Of a DNA stretch of 64,000 bases, positions 11,413 through 26,217 are shown piece after piece. Origin of the DNA: Octopus sinensis (lineage: Eukaryota); the NCBI RefSeq assembly GCF_006345805.1, contig NC_042999.1:152086001-152150000 (forward strand), written 5' to 3'. The translations under genes were made by a program, and so were the position numbers. The notes beneath the pieces were generated by a model that was given only the letters and a program-made list of their open reading frames with translations, did no database searches and was not told the DNA's origin. The first letter of the stretch is position 1. Each line of letters opens with the position of its first letter.

Positions 11413-12624
11413 ACTCTTACTCAACCTTTCTCTCCCTTCCTCTTTCTCTGTGTCTTTTGGCGTGTCTGTATGTCCATCTCCCCCTCCCCCCTCTCTTTCT
11501 GTGTTAGAGTGTGTTTGTGTGTGTTCCTACAGCGATCTTATAATACTAAAAATGAGCAAAATATCTGGTTGGTATGTAGAATATCTTCTACTGTGGTTGA
11601 CACAAAACTTGGAGTGAAGTGTTAAAATGAGGTTTTAATGCGTTATAGCCATAAACAAAAAAGATTACATTTTTTTTTTGTTTCGCAAAGTAGGTCCTTC
11701 TGCTCCTCTGTTTCCCTCCTCACCCCAATCCTCTCTCCCCCTCTGCAACTCTAAACAACTGTTTAGAGTAAAATTTACTGATAACGTTTCTTGTTTCAAC
11801 TTGTCTTACTCATAGATGCATACATACATACATAAATACATACATAATATATAATGTATATATTTATGTATATATATGTATGTATGTATATATGTACTTG
11901 AGTTTTTATTAATGTTTGCTTATGAAAGCAGGTATGTGCAAGCTGTCACCTGTTGCTATCTTGCCATCTCTGGCACTGCGCAATCTACTGTTTTATGAGG
12001 ACAAATGCAATAAATACCTTAACAAATAAATGAATTTGATAGGCAAGTTCTAGCAGCTTTCCCATCCGTTATGTCATGTCGTGTGTATGCATCTGCGTGC
12101 ATCTGTGCATGCGTGTGAGTGTTTTATTGAAAATATGAATATGGAATCAATTTATTGTTTTTGTCATTTTTTACTAATGACCTTACTTATGTGGTTGTGT
12201 TTTTCGTTTATTTATTTTTTTCATGGTGGTGAGTGCAAAATATCAAATCACTGGATTGATTTCCTGATATTTCGAATGGCATTACTAGTCTTATTGATTC
12301 TCTTCATGTACATTTTTTTCCTTTTAAAGCTTAGAATGATGTCAGGGTTTTTCTGTTTTTGTTTTATTTTGTTTTTCCTATTTAGTGGAATGCGTTTTGT
12401 GTGTAAGGAAATTTTGTGTGTTCAATTGAAGTTTACATGTGTTATAGTGTTCACTTTGTTAAATGTAGACATGGTTATGTCATTTGAATGCAGTTATATA
12501 TGCAGGATGAGTATTTGTGTGTGTATGACACAGAGTTATAAAATATACATCTGTAATACATATAGGTATGTGTGTACTATGTAGATAGATATATTTTTCA
12601 TTATATATACATACATGGTAATGG

Positions 12625-13717
12625 TGTCACATAAAAAGCACTGGTGCTGGTGCCACATAAAAAGCACTGGTGCTAGTGTCACATAAAAAGCACTGGTGCT
12701 AGTGTCACATAAAAAGCACTGGTGCTAGTGTCACACAAAAAGCACTGGTGCTAGTGTCACACAAAAAGCACTGGTGCTAGTGTCACATAAAAAGCACTGG
12801 TGCTAGTGTCACACAAAAAGCACTGGTGCTAGTGTCACATAAAAAGCACTGGTGCTAGTGTCACATAAAAAGCACTGGTGCTGGTGTCACACAAAAAGCA
12901 CTGGTGCTAGTGTCACATAAAAAGCACTGGTGCTAGTGTCACACAAAAAGCACTGGTGCTAGTGCCACATAAAAAGCACTGGTGCTGGTGTCACATAAAA
13001 AGCACTGGTACTGGTGTCACATAAAAAAGCACTGGTGCTAGTGTCACATAAAAAGCACTGGTGCTAGTGTCACACAAAAAGCACTGGTGCTAGTGTCACA
13101 TAAAAAGCACTGGTGCTAGTGTCACATAAAAAGCACTGGTGCTGGTGTCACACAAAAAGCACTGGTGCTAGTGTCACATAAAAAGCACTGGTGCTAGTGT
13201 CACACAAAAAGCACTGGTGCTAGTGCCACATAAAAAGCACTGGTGCTGGTGTCACATAAAAAGCACTGGTACTGGTGTCACATAAAAAAGCACTGGTGCT
13301 AGTGTCACATAAAAAGCACTGGTGCTAGTGTCACACAAAAAGCACTGGTGCTAGTGTCACATAAAAAGCACTGGTGCTAGTGTCACATAAAAAGCACTGG
13401 TGCTGGTGTCACACAAAAAGCACTGGTGCTAGTGTCACATAAAAAGCACTGGTGCTAGTGTCACACAAAAAGCACTGGTGCTAGTGCCACATAAAAAGCA
13501 CTGGTGCTAGTGCCACATAAAAAGCACTGGTGCTGGTGTCACATAAAAAGCACTGGTGCTGGTGCCACATAAAAAAGCACTGGTGCTAGTGTCACACAAA
13601 AAGCACTGGTGCTGGTGTCACATAAAAAGCACTGGTGCTGGTGTCACATAAAAAAAGTACTGGATCTGGTTCCACATAAAAAGCACTGGTGCTGGTGCCA
13701 CATAAAAGGCACTGGCC
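12625..13717. repeat. 26-bp minisatellite, 42 units, with 261-bp higher-order repeat
   Basis: Consensus tgtcacataaaaagcactggtgctag. Variant pattern of units 7-16 (12781-13041) is repeated exactly in units 17-26 (13042-13302) and partly in units 27-33. No unique spacers. Confidence 0.95.
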
Positions 13718-16700
13718 TTCCATAAACAACCTTGTTCAGACTTGTTCCTTGGAGGTGACTTTCTATGTGCTGTCACATGGTTATTCATGACCAAAGGGGT
13801 CTTTCCCCTCTAGAGTGTTACCCAATACATGACTGTTAACTTTGGAAAGATGCTTTTGCCATCATGAATAATACCAGGAAATATGGCGCCTATACAATAA
13901 TTATTACCTAACTTTTAATCAAATTTCTTGATTCTTATACAGAACGATGGAATGAATACTAATTTTCAAAAGAAAAAATATTTACCTTAACACAAAACTG
14001 AATTTCTTGTTTGTATATTTGCAGTAAGAATATTATATTAGTTTTCTAAATTTTATCAACATAATTACAATCTACTCCACTGGAAACCTATATCTTCAAA
14101 ATATCATTAAAAATGTATATTTTCCAAAAATATTATAAGACTTCTTGCCTCTTATGTTAACACTTAACCCCACTCTTTTGCTTTCTCCACCCCACTTTCT
14201 CTATATAATGTAAAGTGTGACAACCAAAGTTTATATCTGTTGTTGTTGTTGTTATATATAGATTAATTAACTTCAGATCGTATGCGCACATAATTGACTA
14301 AAAGCTTGAGTTGATTCTCTGAATTGGCTTGGAATATAAACTACAATCCGATTGGTTTTCTTTTCTTGTTGGTTTGCAGGATTCTTTTAGTTCCATTTCC
14401 TATGACTTATTTTTATTTGTGGTAATGCCAGTGCTGCCTGACTGGCTCCTGTGCTGGTGGCACATAAAAAGCACCATTCGAGTGTGGTCGATGCTGGTGT
14501 TGCTTGACTGGTTCCTGTGCTGGTGGCACATGAAAAAGCACCCCTACACTCTTGGAGTAGTTGACATTAGGAAAAGCATCCAGCTGTGTAGAAACCTCAA
14601 TAGATCAGATTGGAGCCTGGTGCAGCCTCCTGGCTTGCCAGTCCTCTTTCAAAACTGTCCAACCCTATGCCAGCATTGAAAACAGACATTAAACGATGAT
14701 GATGATGTAATATTTTATGATCCAGTCACAACTGGTAACAAACATAGTTCAAATTTGAAACCATTATTGTTATTATTAATATTTTCTCTTAAGGCAGCAA
14801 GCTGGCAGAATCATTAGCATGCTGGGTGAAAAGCTTAGCGGCATTATTCAACTTATTCCCTCCCTTAAAATTGCTGGCCTTGTGCCAAAATATAAAACTA
14901 GTATTTCCCCATTGTCAGACATGTTTTTATCGAAGATTGCAAATGAAGGATACTGTGTGCATGATGTTCACACTTCTTTAGAACTATCACATGATTTGAA
15001 GATGCACACAGGCACACACATATGCACACACACACCTATATAGACACAGGTACTCATGTGCTTGCACACATACACACATATGCCTATATAGACACAGATG
15101 TACATGGATGCACACACACGTGCTTACACATTCCACCAGCATGGGTGCCAGTCAGGCGGCACTGGGTTCAACCACACTTGAGTGGTGTTTTTTACATGCC
15201 ACCGGCATGGGTGCCAGTCAGGCAGCACTGGCATCAGCCAGGCTTGAATGATGCTTTTTTATGTGCCACCAGCATGGGTGCCAATCAGGCAGCTCTGGTG
15301 TCGGCCACACTCGAAAGGTGCTTTGTATGTTCCACTGGCACAGGTGCTTTTTATGTACCACCAGCACCTATGCTGGTGGCACATTTTATTCTTTTAAAGT
15401 TAGACATTTCATAATCATGGAAGGAGTAAAATATTTGAGGTGGAGAGGGTCACCTGTTGCTATGAGTTTCAGATAAAATTGTATCTTGCTGTTAGTCAGG
15501 GAAATAGAATATGCTACAGTGAGTTAATTATTCTTCAAATCATATAGCCATTTTCGATATTGAGTAAATGTCTGGTCCAGTGGCTTGTGAGGCTTTTAAC
15601 GAATTTTCATTGTGGTGGTTAATTACTCTTCATTTAACTCCTGTCAATATACATAAGTAGATAAACAAGATCAGCCAGGTTAACGACCTGTCACTTTATA
15701 GTTTAACAATAACTTATTGTATTTTTTTGTACATATGCTATGAAAACTGGCAGCAAAAAGCATAAATTTGTGACTTGTATTTCTTAATAGGAGAGAAAAT
15801 AGCAAAATTCTGTAGGGCATATTTTATTGTGGTTGTGTATTTTATAACTATTAAGAATTTAGGGTTTTTGGTGCCAATATACATGCGATTGTACATTAAC
15901 ATGTGACTATAATATAGTTCATGGGTGTATCTTTCACTTGATCATTGTAATGGTGTTGTTGTTGTTGTTATTATCATTCATGGTATGCACAAAGGCTTTA
16001 CACTCAGAATTGATATCTTTGATACCGGGTCACAACCAGTTTCCTAAGATATCAAGACCTTTCTTACAATACTTGTTATTTCAACAGAGCAGATTTCTGA
16101 ATTTATTATTATTATTATTATTATTATTATCATCATCATCAGTAGAAGTAGTAGTAGCAGCAGCAGTAGTAGTATTAAGGCGGTGAGCTAGCTGAGCTGT
16201 TAGCATGCCAGGCAAAATTTTTAGTGCGTTTTGTCTGTCTTTACATTCTGAGTTCAAAATCCACTGAGGTCGACTTTGCTTTTCATCCTTTCAGGGTCAG
16301 TAAAATAAGTACCTGTTGCATACTGGGGTTGATGTGATCAACTTAACACCTCCCACACCGAAATTGCTGGCCTTGTGCCAAAATTTGAAACCATTATTAT
16401 TATTGTTGTTCTTGACTTGTAAGAGATGACGTGTACTAATTCTGTTTCATCCTGAAAGAATTGTTGATAATTTCAGGAATGCTGTCAATTATTGTGCCTC
16501 AGAAAATAAATAAATAACTAAATATTTTGCTTTCGCATAAGCATAATTACATTAAAATGTCTGTCACAACTGTCATAAGATGATTAATTGCACGTAATAA
16601 ATGTACAAATTGTACACTGAACAATACAAGAAATGAAAATTAAATTATTATTACCACCAGGTAATAATAGTCATCATCATCATCATCATCTAGTGTTTTA

Positions 16701-18779
16701 AATCCTGGTTTTGTCCCCGTTAACAGGGAATGCCGGGATCTACCTCACTGCCATAGCAACTGAAGTAGGCAAGTGCAGTCCACCCCAACCTTTGGGCTGG
16801 CTGGTGCCCATTCTCCCTTGCTATCATGAGGCTTTTTTGGAGCTGGATTTTCTAAGGGGAGTATGCTCTTGCTTACCCCCAGCCTCGGTTTCAAGACATG
16901 AGTGGTCCCAAGACCAAGGCCTCTACCACAATTTTTAAGAAATGTGGTGGAAAACTAGCTCAGGAAGGCAGAGATGGTACTCCTTGAGACCACTTTCAGA
17001 GTCCTCACCTACATTCTCTGCCTTACATCCAATATTCTGCAAGAATATGCCTGGCTATGGGGTAATATTACCTTGTTTGGAAACCCAACACATACAAGCA
17101 TGGAAAAGTGAACTTTAAAAATGATGATTAGAGACAGGCTGAAAATGACAACTGATGATTATATAGTTTTTATTATTTTACTGGTTTAAGGTGGCAAGCT
17201 TGCAGAATTAATAGTATGCTGGTCAAAATGCTTAGTGCATTTCTCAATAATAATTATAACAACAATCACGAAGGCCAGATATTTGGGGCAAGGAAGTATA
17301 GTCAATAACATCAACTCTAGTACTTGACTGGTACTTTCTTGTATTAATCCTGGATAAGTTTCAAATAGTTAAAATGCACTGTTTTTTTTCCCTTTTTTTA
17401 GACTTCATTTGTCCTCTATAATCATATCTGGTCCCTTTGCTTCAGTATTACATTTAGTCTTTATGGGGAAGTCCCATAAAATCCTGTAATTTTTATTCAC
17501 CATTGCAGACTCTTTGTTCCTGTTCATTATAGTGATATTATAATCGTAATGATCTTGATGATGGTTAAAAATTAGACTTAATAGTTCTTTTTTATATTTT
17601 TCTATTTAGAAATTTACTTCCCATTGAAGTTAGCATTTAAAATAATGTTACTACTATTTTGAAGAGGAAAATAACAGCATTGTTGTTCCCATTGTTTGCA
17701 AATAGTTTAAATGTAGATGTATGTGTATGTTGTGTTTGCTTATGTTTATGTCTTTGAAGTAAACAATCAGCTTGCAAGTTTCTCTACTTTGCCTCTCTAA
17801 TTTAATTTTAAACTTAACTCTGCTCCAATAACACAGTGTAAATAGAGTCTTGAGTTTTTATATATGAACCAATTCTCGTTAAATCTTTTGATGTTGTTAT
17901 TCATAGCACATTTGGTAATATAATTATCTTCCTTGATATAATTCTTGGAAGTAATTAGGGTATAAAATAGTTAACTGAATCCGGCAAACTATCCACAGTT
18001 TAACACCATTTAAATTCATTTCCTGTAAATATTATTGAGAAGTTTTAGGGGGCAGTGCTCATGAAGACATATGTACAAGAAGTTCTTGGTTCATGTTATA
18101 TAATTTAATGTTACTGTGATCCTAAAAAAGAGAGTGTATATAGTATGAAAGAAGATAAAAATAACATTAACATACATTTCATGCAAAATTTTATACCCAT
18201 GTATATATATCTGCTAGTCTTCTTTTTCTAACCAGATATATGGTTAAAAAAATGTATACACATAATAAAGACTGTTCTCAGGAATTATTTTATACTGTTT
18301 CTTTGAATGAACAAAAGTTTTAAGTTCAAACCTTTCCAGGATTTTAGTTTACCTCTAGAATCAAAATAACAAACTGAATCGCTTCATTGGATTGTATTTT
18401 ATGTCACTCCTCACAACACTAACACACACATATATAGGAAATATGCTTAGCCTTGAATTCAGGTCATTATGTCTACAATTTTATATTCAGTTGTATTGTA
18501 TGTATGTAAAATGCACTGGTGCTGGTGCCACATAAAGATCACTCAGTACACTCTGTAAAGTGGAAAGTGTTAGGAATGGCATCCAGTCTTAGAAATCAAG
18601 CCAAAAACAGATACAGAAGTCTGGTGCAGGCTCCTGCCTGGCCAGCTCCTGTTGAACTGTCCAACTCATGCCAGCATGGGAAATGGATGTTAAATGATGA
18701 TGGTGGTAATTGTATATATATAATATGTTGCTATTTTTAGTGAACTTGGTAGCCTTTTATTATAAACTGAAATGATTAA

Positions 18780-19100
18780 TGTTGGGGTAACCAGCAAATG
18801 TTGTAGAGTAGGAAATAATAAGTTGGGACAAATGATGAATTCTGAAAGTAGGAAATATATTAGTGATGGTTAATGTTGTACAGTAGAAGATATGTAAGGG
18901 GAAACTGGTAGGAGATGCAGTATAGATGATAGAAGATTCGTTGGGATAATTGGCAAGGGATGGGTTGGGACTGTATTGGGGTAAATGGTGAGTGTCATAT
19001 GGTTGGAAATATGTTGGGGATATTGGTGAGAGAGGGACAGTTGGAAATGAGCTGGTTAGTTTTGATTTCTTGTAGAAGCTACTGTATTTATCCCTATAAT
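18780..19100 (-). mobile_element. Possible very old LINE ORF2 3' end
   Basis: C/A-rich minus strand with HIFYCTTLTITNIFPTFRIHHLSQLII, loosely like the C-terminal H..C zinc-knuckle region of non-LTR ORF2. Weak. Confidence 0.2.
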
Positions 19101-19204
19101 ACTTTTGGAAAGTGCAAGAACATGGCAACATCTCATTTTCCTATCAAACAAATGTGGGCTCTTGCATCTTAGAAAAGAAGCCAAATTTTAAAATGTGGAT
19201 GCAT

Positions 19205-19259
<55 letters not shown>

Positions 19260-20259
19260 CCACACACACACACACACACACACACCACACACACACACAC
19301 ACACTCACACTCACTCACACACACGCCACACACACACGTTAATGTCATAATTCTCCCAAAAGGATTTTATATATGTATATATATAGGCACAGATATGGCT
19401 GTGTGGTGAGAAGTCTGCTGCCCAATCACATGGTTTCGGGTTCAGCCTCACTGCATGGCTCCTTCAAAGTGAACACACCAACACCAGTTGTCAAACGGTG
19501 GTGGACACACACACACACATATATGTATGTATGTATGAAATATGAATGTAACTTTCTTGTCTGAACCAACTCAAATTACTGAAAAAAGTCTGAGTAAAGA
19601 TGCTTAAATGATAAAAAAAAAAATGAAAAAAAAAACAACAATAAACCCCCCCAGAAAAATCTATTTCCTTTCTATTAATCCTATCTGAACTACTTTGTCC
19701 TTCTGCAAACAGATTGATTTCATTTTGTATTTGTTTCCTAAATGTTATTATTACAACTACTAAAACAAATTCATGTGCTCTGTTCCAGAGATTAAACATT
19801 CTTCATATGTAATTATTCTGCAATCAAACTGTCATTTATACAGTATTAGCCAGAGCAGTATACCATCAAGAAGCTAAACCTAACACTCTGATGCCTTCGT
19901 CTTTCTTGTTTTCTACACTATTACAATCAGTATCTAACTTGAACCGTATCTTTCTCCTTTGTGGATTAGACCCATCTTCTATACAAATTAATCACAGAAA
20001 TAAGTGGTTAGTTCAGTTCAGTTCCATCTTCATCTCTTTTATCACCAACGTAGTGCTTCCTTTTACCCATGATCTTTCAAAGTCATAGAGTTACAATATT
20101 CTTCCTGCTTCCCAAAGTTTTTGTGCTATATTATGAAACCTTTAGCTTAGAAAAATTACCTTTTGTCAAAAACAAATTTTCAAGTAGTAGCAACTGTTTT
20201 GACATTACTTTTGACTTTGGTGTCTATTACTGAATTTTGTGTATACAAGTGCACAGGGT

Positions 20260-20300
<41 letters not shown>

Positions 20301-20589
20301 GTATGCAAACTGTGTACTGTGTGTGTGTGTAGGTGCACTCACATGCAATGTGTCAATAAGTGTATGTGTGTGAGCAATGTCGGTATGTGTATGTGGCATG
20401 GCTGTGTACTTAAGAAGCTTGCTTCCCAACCATGTGGTCTTAGGTTCAGTTCCACTGCACAGCACCCTGAACAGATATCTTCTACTATAGCTCTGTGCTA
20501 ACCAAAGCATTGTGAGTAGATTTGGTAAATAGAAACTGAAAGAAGCCTTACACACAGACACACACACACACACATACACACACTGGCAT

Positions 20590-20903
20590 TCCATTGGTCA
20601 TGACGATGAGGGTTCCAGTTGATCCGATCAACAGAGCAACCAGCTCATGAAATTAACATGGAAGTGGTTGAGCACTCCACAAACAGGCACACAGACCCTT
20701 AATGTAGTTCTCAGGGAGATTCAGCATGACACAGAATGTGACAAGGCTGGCCCTTTAAAATACAGGTACAATTCATTTCTACCATCTGAATGAGCTGGAG
20801 CAATGTGAAATAAAGTGTCCTCAAGGGCACAGTGTGCTGTCAGGGATTGAACTCAAAACCTTATGATTGTGAGCCAAATACATTCACCACTATGCCATGC
20901 ACC
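20590..20903 (-). mobile_element. SINE family E, near full-length minus copy
   Basis: Colinear reverse complement of 307-620, including the CORE-like aagtgtcctcaagggcaca and the tRNA-like head. Confidence 0.8.
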
Positions 20904-23900
20904 TACACTAAATACACACACTCACATATACACGCACACACTCACATATACACAATACATACACACTCCCATATACACATGCACTCACATATTCACACAC
21001 ACTCACATATACAAACACACTTGCACACACACACGCGCGCGCGTACACAAATGTATATAATCTTAGTCTTGCACTATAACTCCATTCACATCTAGTATTC
21101 CTTATAGGAGTCTTCTTTTCTACTCTAGGCACAAGGCCCGGAATTTTGGGGTGGGAGGACAGACGATTAGATTGACTCCAGTACGCAACTGGTACTTAAT
21201 TTTATCAGCCCCAAAAGGATGAAAGGCAAAGTTGACCTCAGACTGTAAAGTAGGTCGAAATACTGCTCACCGTTTCACCTGTGCGTGCTAACTTTTCTGC
21301 CAGCTCACCACCTTATCCTTTCTACTATAGACACAAAACCTGAAATTTGGGGGAAGGGGATGAATTGATTACATCGACGCCACTGCATAACTAGTACTTA
21401 ATTTATCAACTCTGTAAGGATGCAAAGCAAAGTTGACCCCAGCGGCAATTGAATTCAGACCGTGAAGACAGAGGAAATACCACTAAATGATTCACCCAGT
21501 GTGCTAACAATTCAGCCAGCTCGCTGCCTTTCCTTATAGGAATATTAAATCTCCATCAGTACTTGACTGGACTTCAATGAATGTTGACCTCAGCAGTATA
21601 TGAACTCTACATTAAAAGTTTGTAGCTAAACACTGCTAGTATTTCAGCCTGTTCTGATGCCTTTAGAATATATTTCACTTTAAAATTTAACTATGCTTTA
21701 TCAGATAAACTTTCCTGATATCTTCCACTTGTTACAGTCATCTACAGCTGTATGCATTTTATTTGTATACTAACATAATACTATAGTACCTGTCAAAAAT
21801 GATTGGGTTTATTTGTTTCCTTTTAGTAATTCTTGATTATTCTCCATTTTGATTATTCTCATTTTCATTCAGTTATTGTCATTAACTTACATGTTTCATT
21901 ATTTCCTCTCTACTCTGTCTATATCCATATTTCCGTAATCTTTTTCTCTTAACTAAAATCTAATCTACTCCTTTTCTCTTCAATCCTTATCATTCCCCAT
22001 CTGTTCCTCACTAATATGACACAACTTTTCTCTCTCCTGCTCCCTCTCCCTCTCTATCATTCTCATTTTCTATGCCTCTTGTATTTTATCACAGCACCTC
22101 TCTAATTCTCTCTATTGCACAGAGAAAGCAAGAGAGAAATTAGAGAAGGACTCACACAGACTCTTTCTCCCATTCCTGCCTATAATTCACTGTCTGCTTC
22201 ACATGACTGTGCATCACACAGACTGCCGACTATTGATGGCGTCTCTCTCTCTCTCTCACTCTCTCCCCCCTCCCCCATCAAGGTCCCACAACTCTTTGTA
22301 ATACTTTCTTTATATCATTTTCCACCTCTCTCATCATGGCTACTGCTTACTTTTTCCAGCATGTCAGAAACACGGAAGCCAACCTACATAAATAACCTGA
22401 CATGTATGGCTTAGCATTTTATACATTAAGATGAAAAAAACAAAAAAAAAACAAAAAAAAAAACATTCATATTGCCACATTCTGACACACTGCAGCTGAA
22501 ACCATTTACATTTTTCTCATCCTTTTGTCTCTTTCAAATGTGTTCAACTTGAAAGAAATATATATAAAAGGGGAAAAAATCCTACATTAAGAAATATAAA
22601 AAATAGAATGTTTTTTCAACAGATGTTCTCATAGTCTAAGCAATTGTTATAAAACACTTCAAAATTACAAGACTAATGACTCCAAGGCAATCAAATCAGG
22701 TTTAACATTCCAATTGTAAATAGAATGAATCATATCGTTATGTTGAACTATTAAACTCTTTCACACTGATTTCTCTCTACCCCACCCCACCTTTTCTCGC
22801 TATTAATTATGGTTATTCATTTATTTAATCAACTCCGGAATATTTCTCTCTTGACTCAAACACTTGAAACTATAAGAATTTAAGGTTTCAATTTGGAAAA
22901 GTAAACAAATAAAACTGATGATAATATATAAATAAAAAATAGAAAATATTAAAAAAAACACACACACACACAAAGAAATAACATGCTTGCTTCTGTTAGG
23001 GTCAGTCTTACAGAAAACAACCTACCTTGGCTGAAGTTAGATGGTCCATCTGCATTGTTGGCACCATTTTTGCTGTGTGTAATATTTTTTTCCTGAGTTA
23101 TTTTTTTGTTCAATTGTAGCAATTTTAAAATCAAATCTTTGTATATAAGTGTAATGGATGAAAGTAGAGGTTGGGTGCCCTAGAAAATTTGCATCAATGA
23201 ATTCCATGGACATTAAAACCATGATGCTGATGATGATTGTCATCGTCATCATCGTGGTGGTGGTAACTTTTGGGTGTGTAATGCTTCTGATAAATTTAAG
23301 AGAAATGTAGGTTAAAAATAAGCTAATTGAATTAACTTTTGTGCTAGAAATCAATTCTTTGATGTTTTAATCTTTATAATCTTTTGAACTTTATTTCCAC
23401 ATTTTCACAACATAGTTTGTGACCTATTTTCCAGATTAGGAGGATGCCAAATCATTTCTACTTATGCTGGAAGGAACAAGGATATAAAGAATCTAAGAAA
23501 CCCCATATTCTATATCATTGATTTATGATGCAGTGATTGATCATAGCTTTAACTGATTGATTGATTGATTGATCATATCTTTAATTTTTATTACATCTTC
23601 TTTGATATGGTAGAAAGTCAAAATGGAGCAATATTTCTTATGAGTTTAGTCAAATATAAAGTACAAGAAGATAACATCTCTGTCCCTAAATAAATCTCCT
23701 AAAAGGTTCTTTAGCAACATCAGTTTTTTGGTGTTTATATGGGATATCTGATAGAGGTTACTATCAATAGAAGGGCCCTCAGATATCCTGCACTATGTGA
23801 TTCTCTATGGAATTTGAACAAAAAAAGAAAGCATGATAATTTATATATTTTCTTTTTTCAAATTGCAAAGACTCAAATTAATTTTCATTCAGTTGCTTTT

Positions 23901-25890
23901 ATTCCATCTGAAATTCTAATGAAAATCCTTGGATTTTATTCCAACCAATCAAATTTTGAGTCATGAGTAAAGGCTTTTTACATGCCACAGGTATGAGAGC
24001 TAGTCAGGTGGTACTGGCATTGACCACTCTTATATGGTGCTTTTTACATGCCACCAGCATGGGAGCCAGTCAAGCGGCACTGGCCATCCAACCCATGCCA
24101 GCATGGAAAGCGGATGTTAGATGATGATGACGATGATATATATTCTGAAGTAAGAATATGTCTTGTACGTACGCCTCCTTGGGGAACAGTACTGTATTGC
24201 TTTCATTGGACTTGATCATGTATTAATCATAACCTCGATATATCAATTTGTCTATCTGTCTTTCTTTCTTTCCTTTAACTTTTTTTCATCACCTCACCAT
24301 AAGCTGTGTTCGTCTGTTCCCCTTTTCATTTGTGTGAATTCTTTAGTCTTGTGAGTGCTCTGAAAAAGTACCCAGTAAACTCTGTAAAGTGGTTGGCCAA
24401 CCATGTAGCGACAACAGAAAGTAGAAAGGACTTTTTAGTCTTGCCAAGAGCAAGACAACCTTTATAGTGCTGGTGCCATGAAAATATGCTTGCTGTATAC
24501 TCTGTAAAGTAGTTAGTGTTAAAAAGAGCATCTGCCTGTAGAAACCATAGCAAAACTGGAATCTTGGAGCAAGATGTTGTTTTCTTACCCATTGGAAACT
24601 GTTGACCGATCCAACCCTTGCCAAGCCAAGTATATGCATGGGCATGTGGTTAATAGGTTTGCATGGCAACTGTCTGGTTTTGAGTTCAGTCCTATTACAC
24701 AGCAAGTTCCTTCTATTAAAATTCTGGGCCAACAATTGCATTGTGTGGGAATTTGGTTGACAGAAACTGTAGAACCCTGTCATATGTGTGTATTTATGTC
24801 TTTGTGTTTGTTCTGCCCCTTCCCCCCCTTGACAACAGGTGTTGGTTTGTTTATATCCTTGTAATGTGGTAGTTTGGTAAAAGAGACTGATAAAAATGAT
24901 TATTAGACTTAAAAATAATTGCTGGACTATCAACTAAAACCTTCATGGCAATGCCCCAGTATGGCCACTGTCCAGTAACTGAAACAAGTAAAAAAAAATA
25001 TTGGATAAGGGAGAGAGATTTATTCTTAAATATTTCTGAGCATCCATTTGTCAGCTTCCTTCATACAATCTAGTTTTACCTTACAGCATGGAATAATCTC
25101 ATAAAAATGGAAATCTTGTGACATGTCATGTTTCTTTCCTATAACTTGGACTGGAAATAGACATAACTGGTTGCACACACACACACACACACACTCTCAT
25201 ATATGCACACAGACGTGTGTGTGCTCACATATATACACACACATGCGTGCACACATACATACACACAGACTCACTCACACATATGCACATACACACACAC
25301 ATACATACACATGCACGCACACACAAATATGCACACGCATTGAAAAATGCACACACATGCATTGGAAAATTGACAGAGAAAATTGTTAAGAGTATCAGCT
25401 TTATCTTGCAGTATTCCCCCCCCCTCTCTCACTCTGTGCTCTCAGTTCAAATCTTAATCTTTTAACCTTTCAGGAATAAAGTAACCAGTCTAGAGTGTTG
25501 GACTAGAAGAATTATCAGTGCATTAGACAAGACACTAGACAAAATCTGTTCCGGTTATTTGCATTCTGAGTTCAGTTCCCACCTAGGTGTCTATGGCCAG
25601 GGCCTCCTGCAGCTGACCAGTTCAGACACAAAAAACCAGCATTGATAAACTGAACTATTACATGCTGAGGCTTCCTCCAGTAGTGAATTAAAAATATCTG
25701 AATGGAATTGATGACTTTTGGTATTTAACTCTTCTTCAGTGACACAACACCACATAAGACTGCACCAGTCAGCTAGTCCTGAAACAAACAATATCACAAG
25801 AATTATTCTAATTTTATTGACATTCATTTCTCTATTGCTTATTTCTGTTCTGTTATGAAATCCTGACAAAACAGAATCTTTGACTTAGAC

Positions 25891-26217
25891 CAGGGCTGGC
25901 CAACCTAAGGCCCATGGTGCACATTCGGCCCGCAGACTTTTATCTTGCGACTCGCTTGATACTTTCTTGAAGTATTTTGTTTAATTTCAAAATAAGACTT
26001 TATGTAAAATATTTGTTTCAAAATAAATTTAAAATTTGTAAGTGGCAATAAAGCAAAGGCCTATGATTTTATAATTTTAAACAAACGAAAAGTTTGAAAA
26101 ATTCTTGACTCTGTAATTTAATTGTTTGACTGTTAGTGCATAAAGTATACAAGTGCTCCTCGAAAAACTTTCTCTGATTAAAGTGGCCCACAATGTAATT
26201 TGAGTTGGCCAGGCCCG
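25891..26217. mobile_element. hAT (Charlie-like) MITE
   Basis: TIRs cagggctggccaac / gttggccaggcccg. 8-bp TSD acttagac (25883-25890) / atttagac (26218-26225), 7/8 match and TAGA-containing as is typical of Charlie targets. Confidence 0.8.

Noticed and set aside
12081-12584. 167-aa plus ORF (membrane-protein-like)
   Set aside because: F/L/I/C/M richness follows from T/G-rich low-complexity sequence; GTG start inside a (GT)-rich tract; no motif.
12625-13717. CRISPR array
   Set aside because: Units are contiguous with no unique spacers, there are no cas genes, and the context is eukaryotic.
14354-14427. Plus-strand pseudo-exon 14380-14421 (likewise 15496-15518, 57679-57694, and 59176-59221 on minus)
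   Set aside because: Donors at or within SINE boundaries or very short; peptides unrecognised; no consistent phase chain.
24343-24933. 196-aa minus ORF
   Set aside because: Reads through a family A SINE and a family C fragment; similar peptides arise from many other SINE copies.
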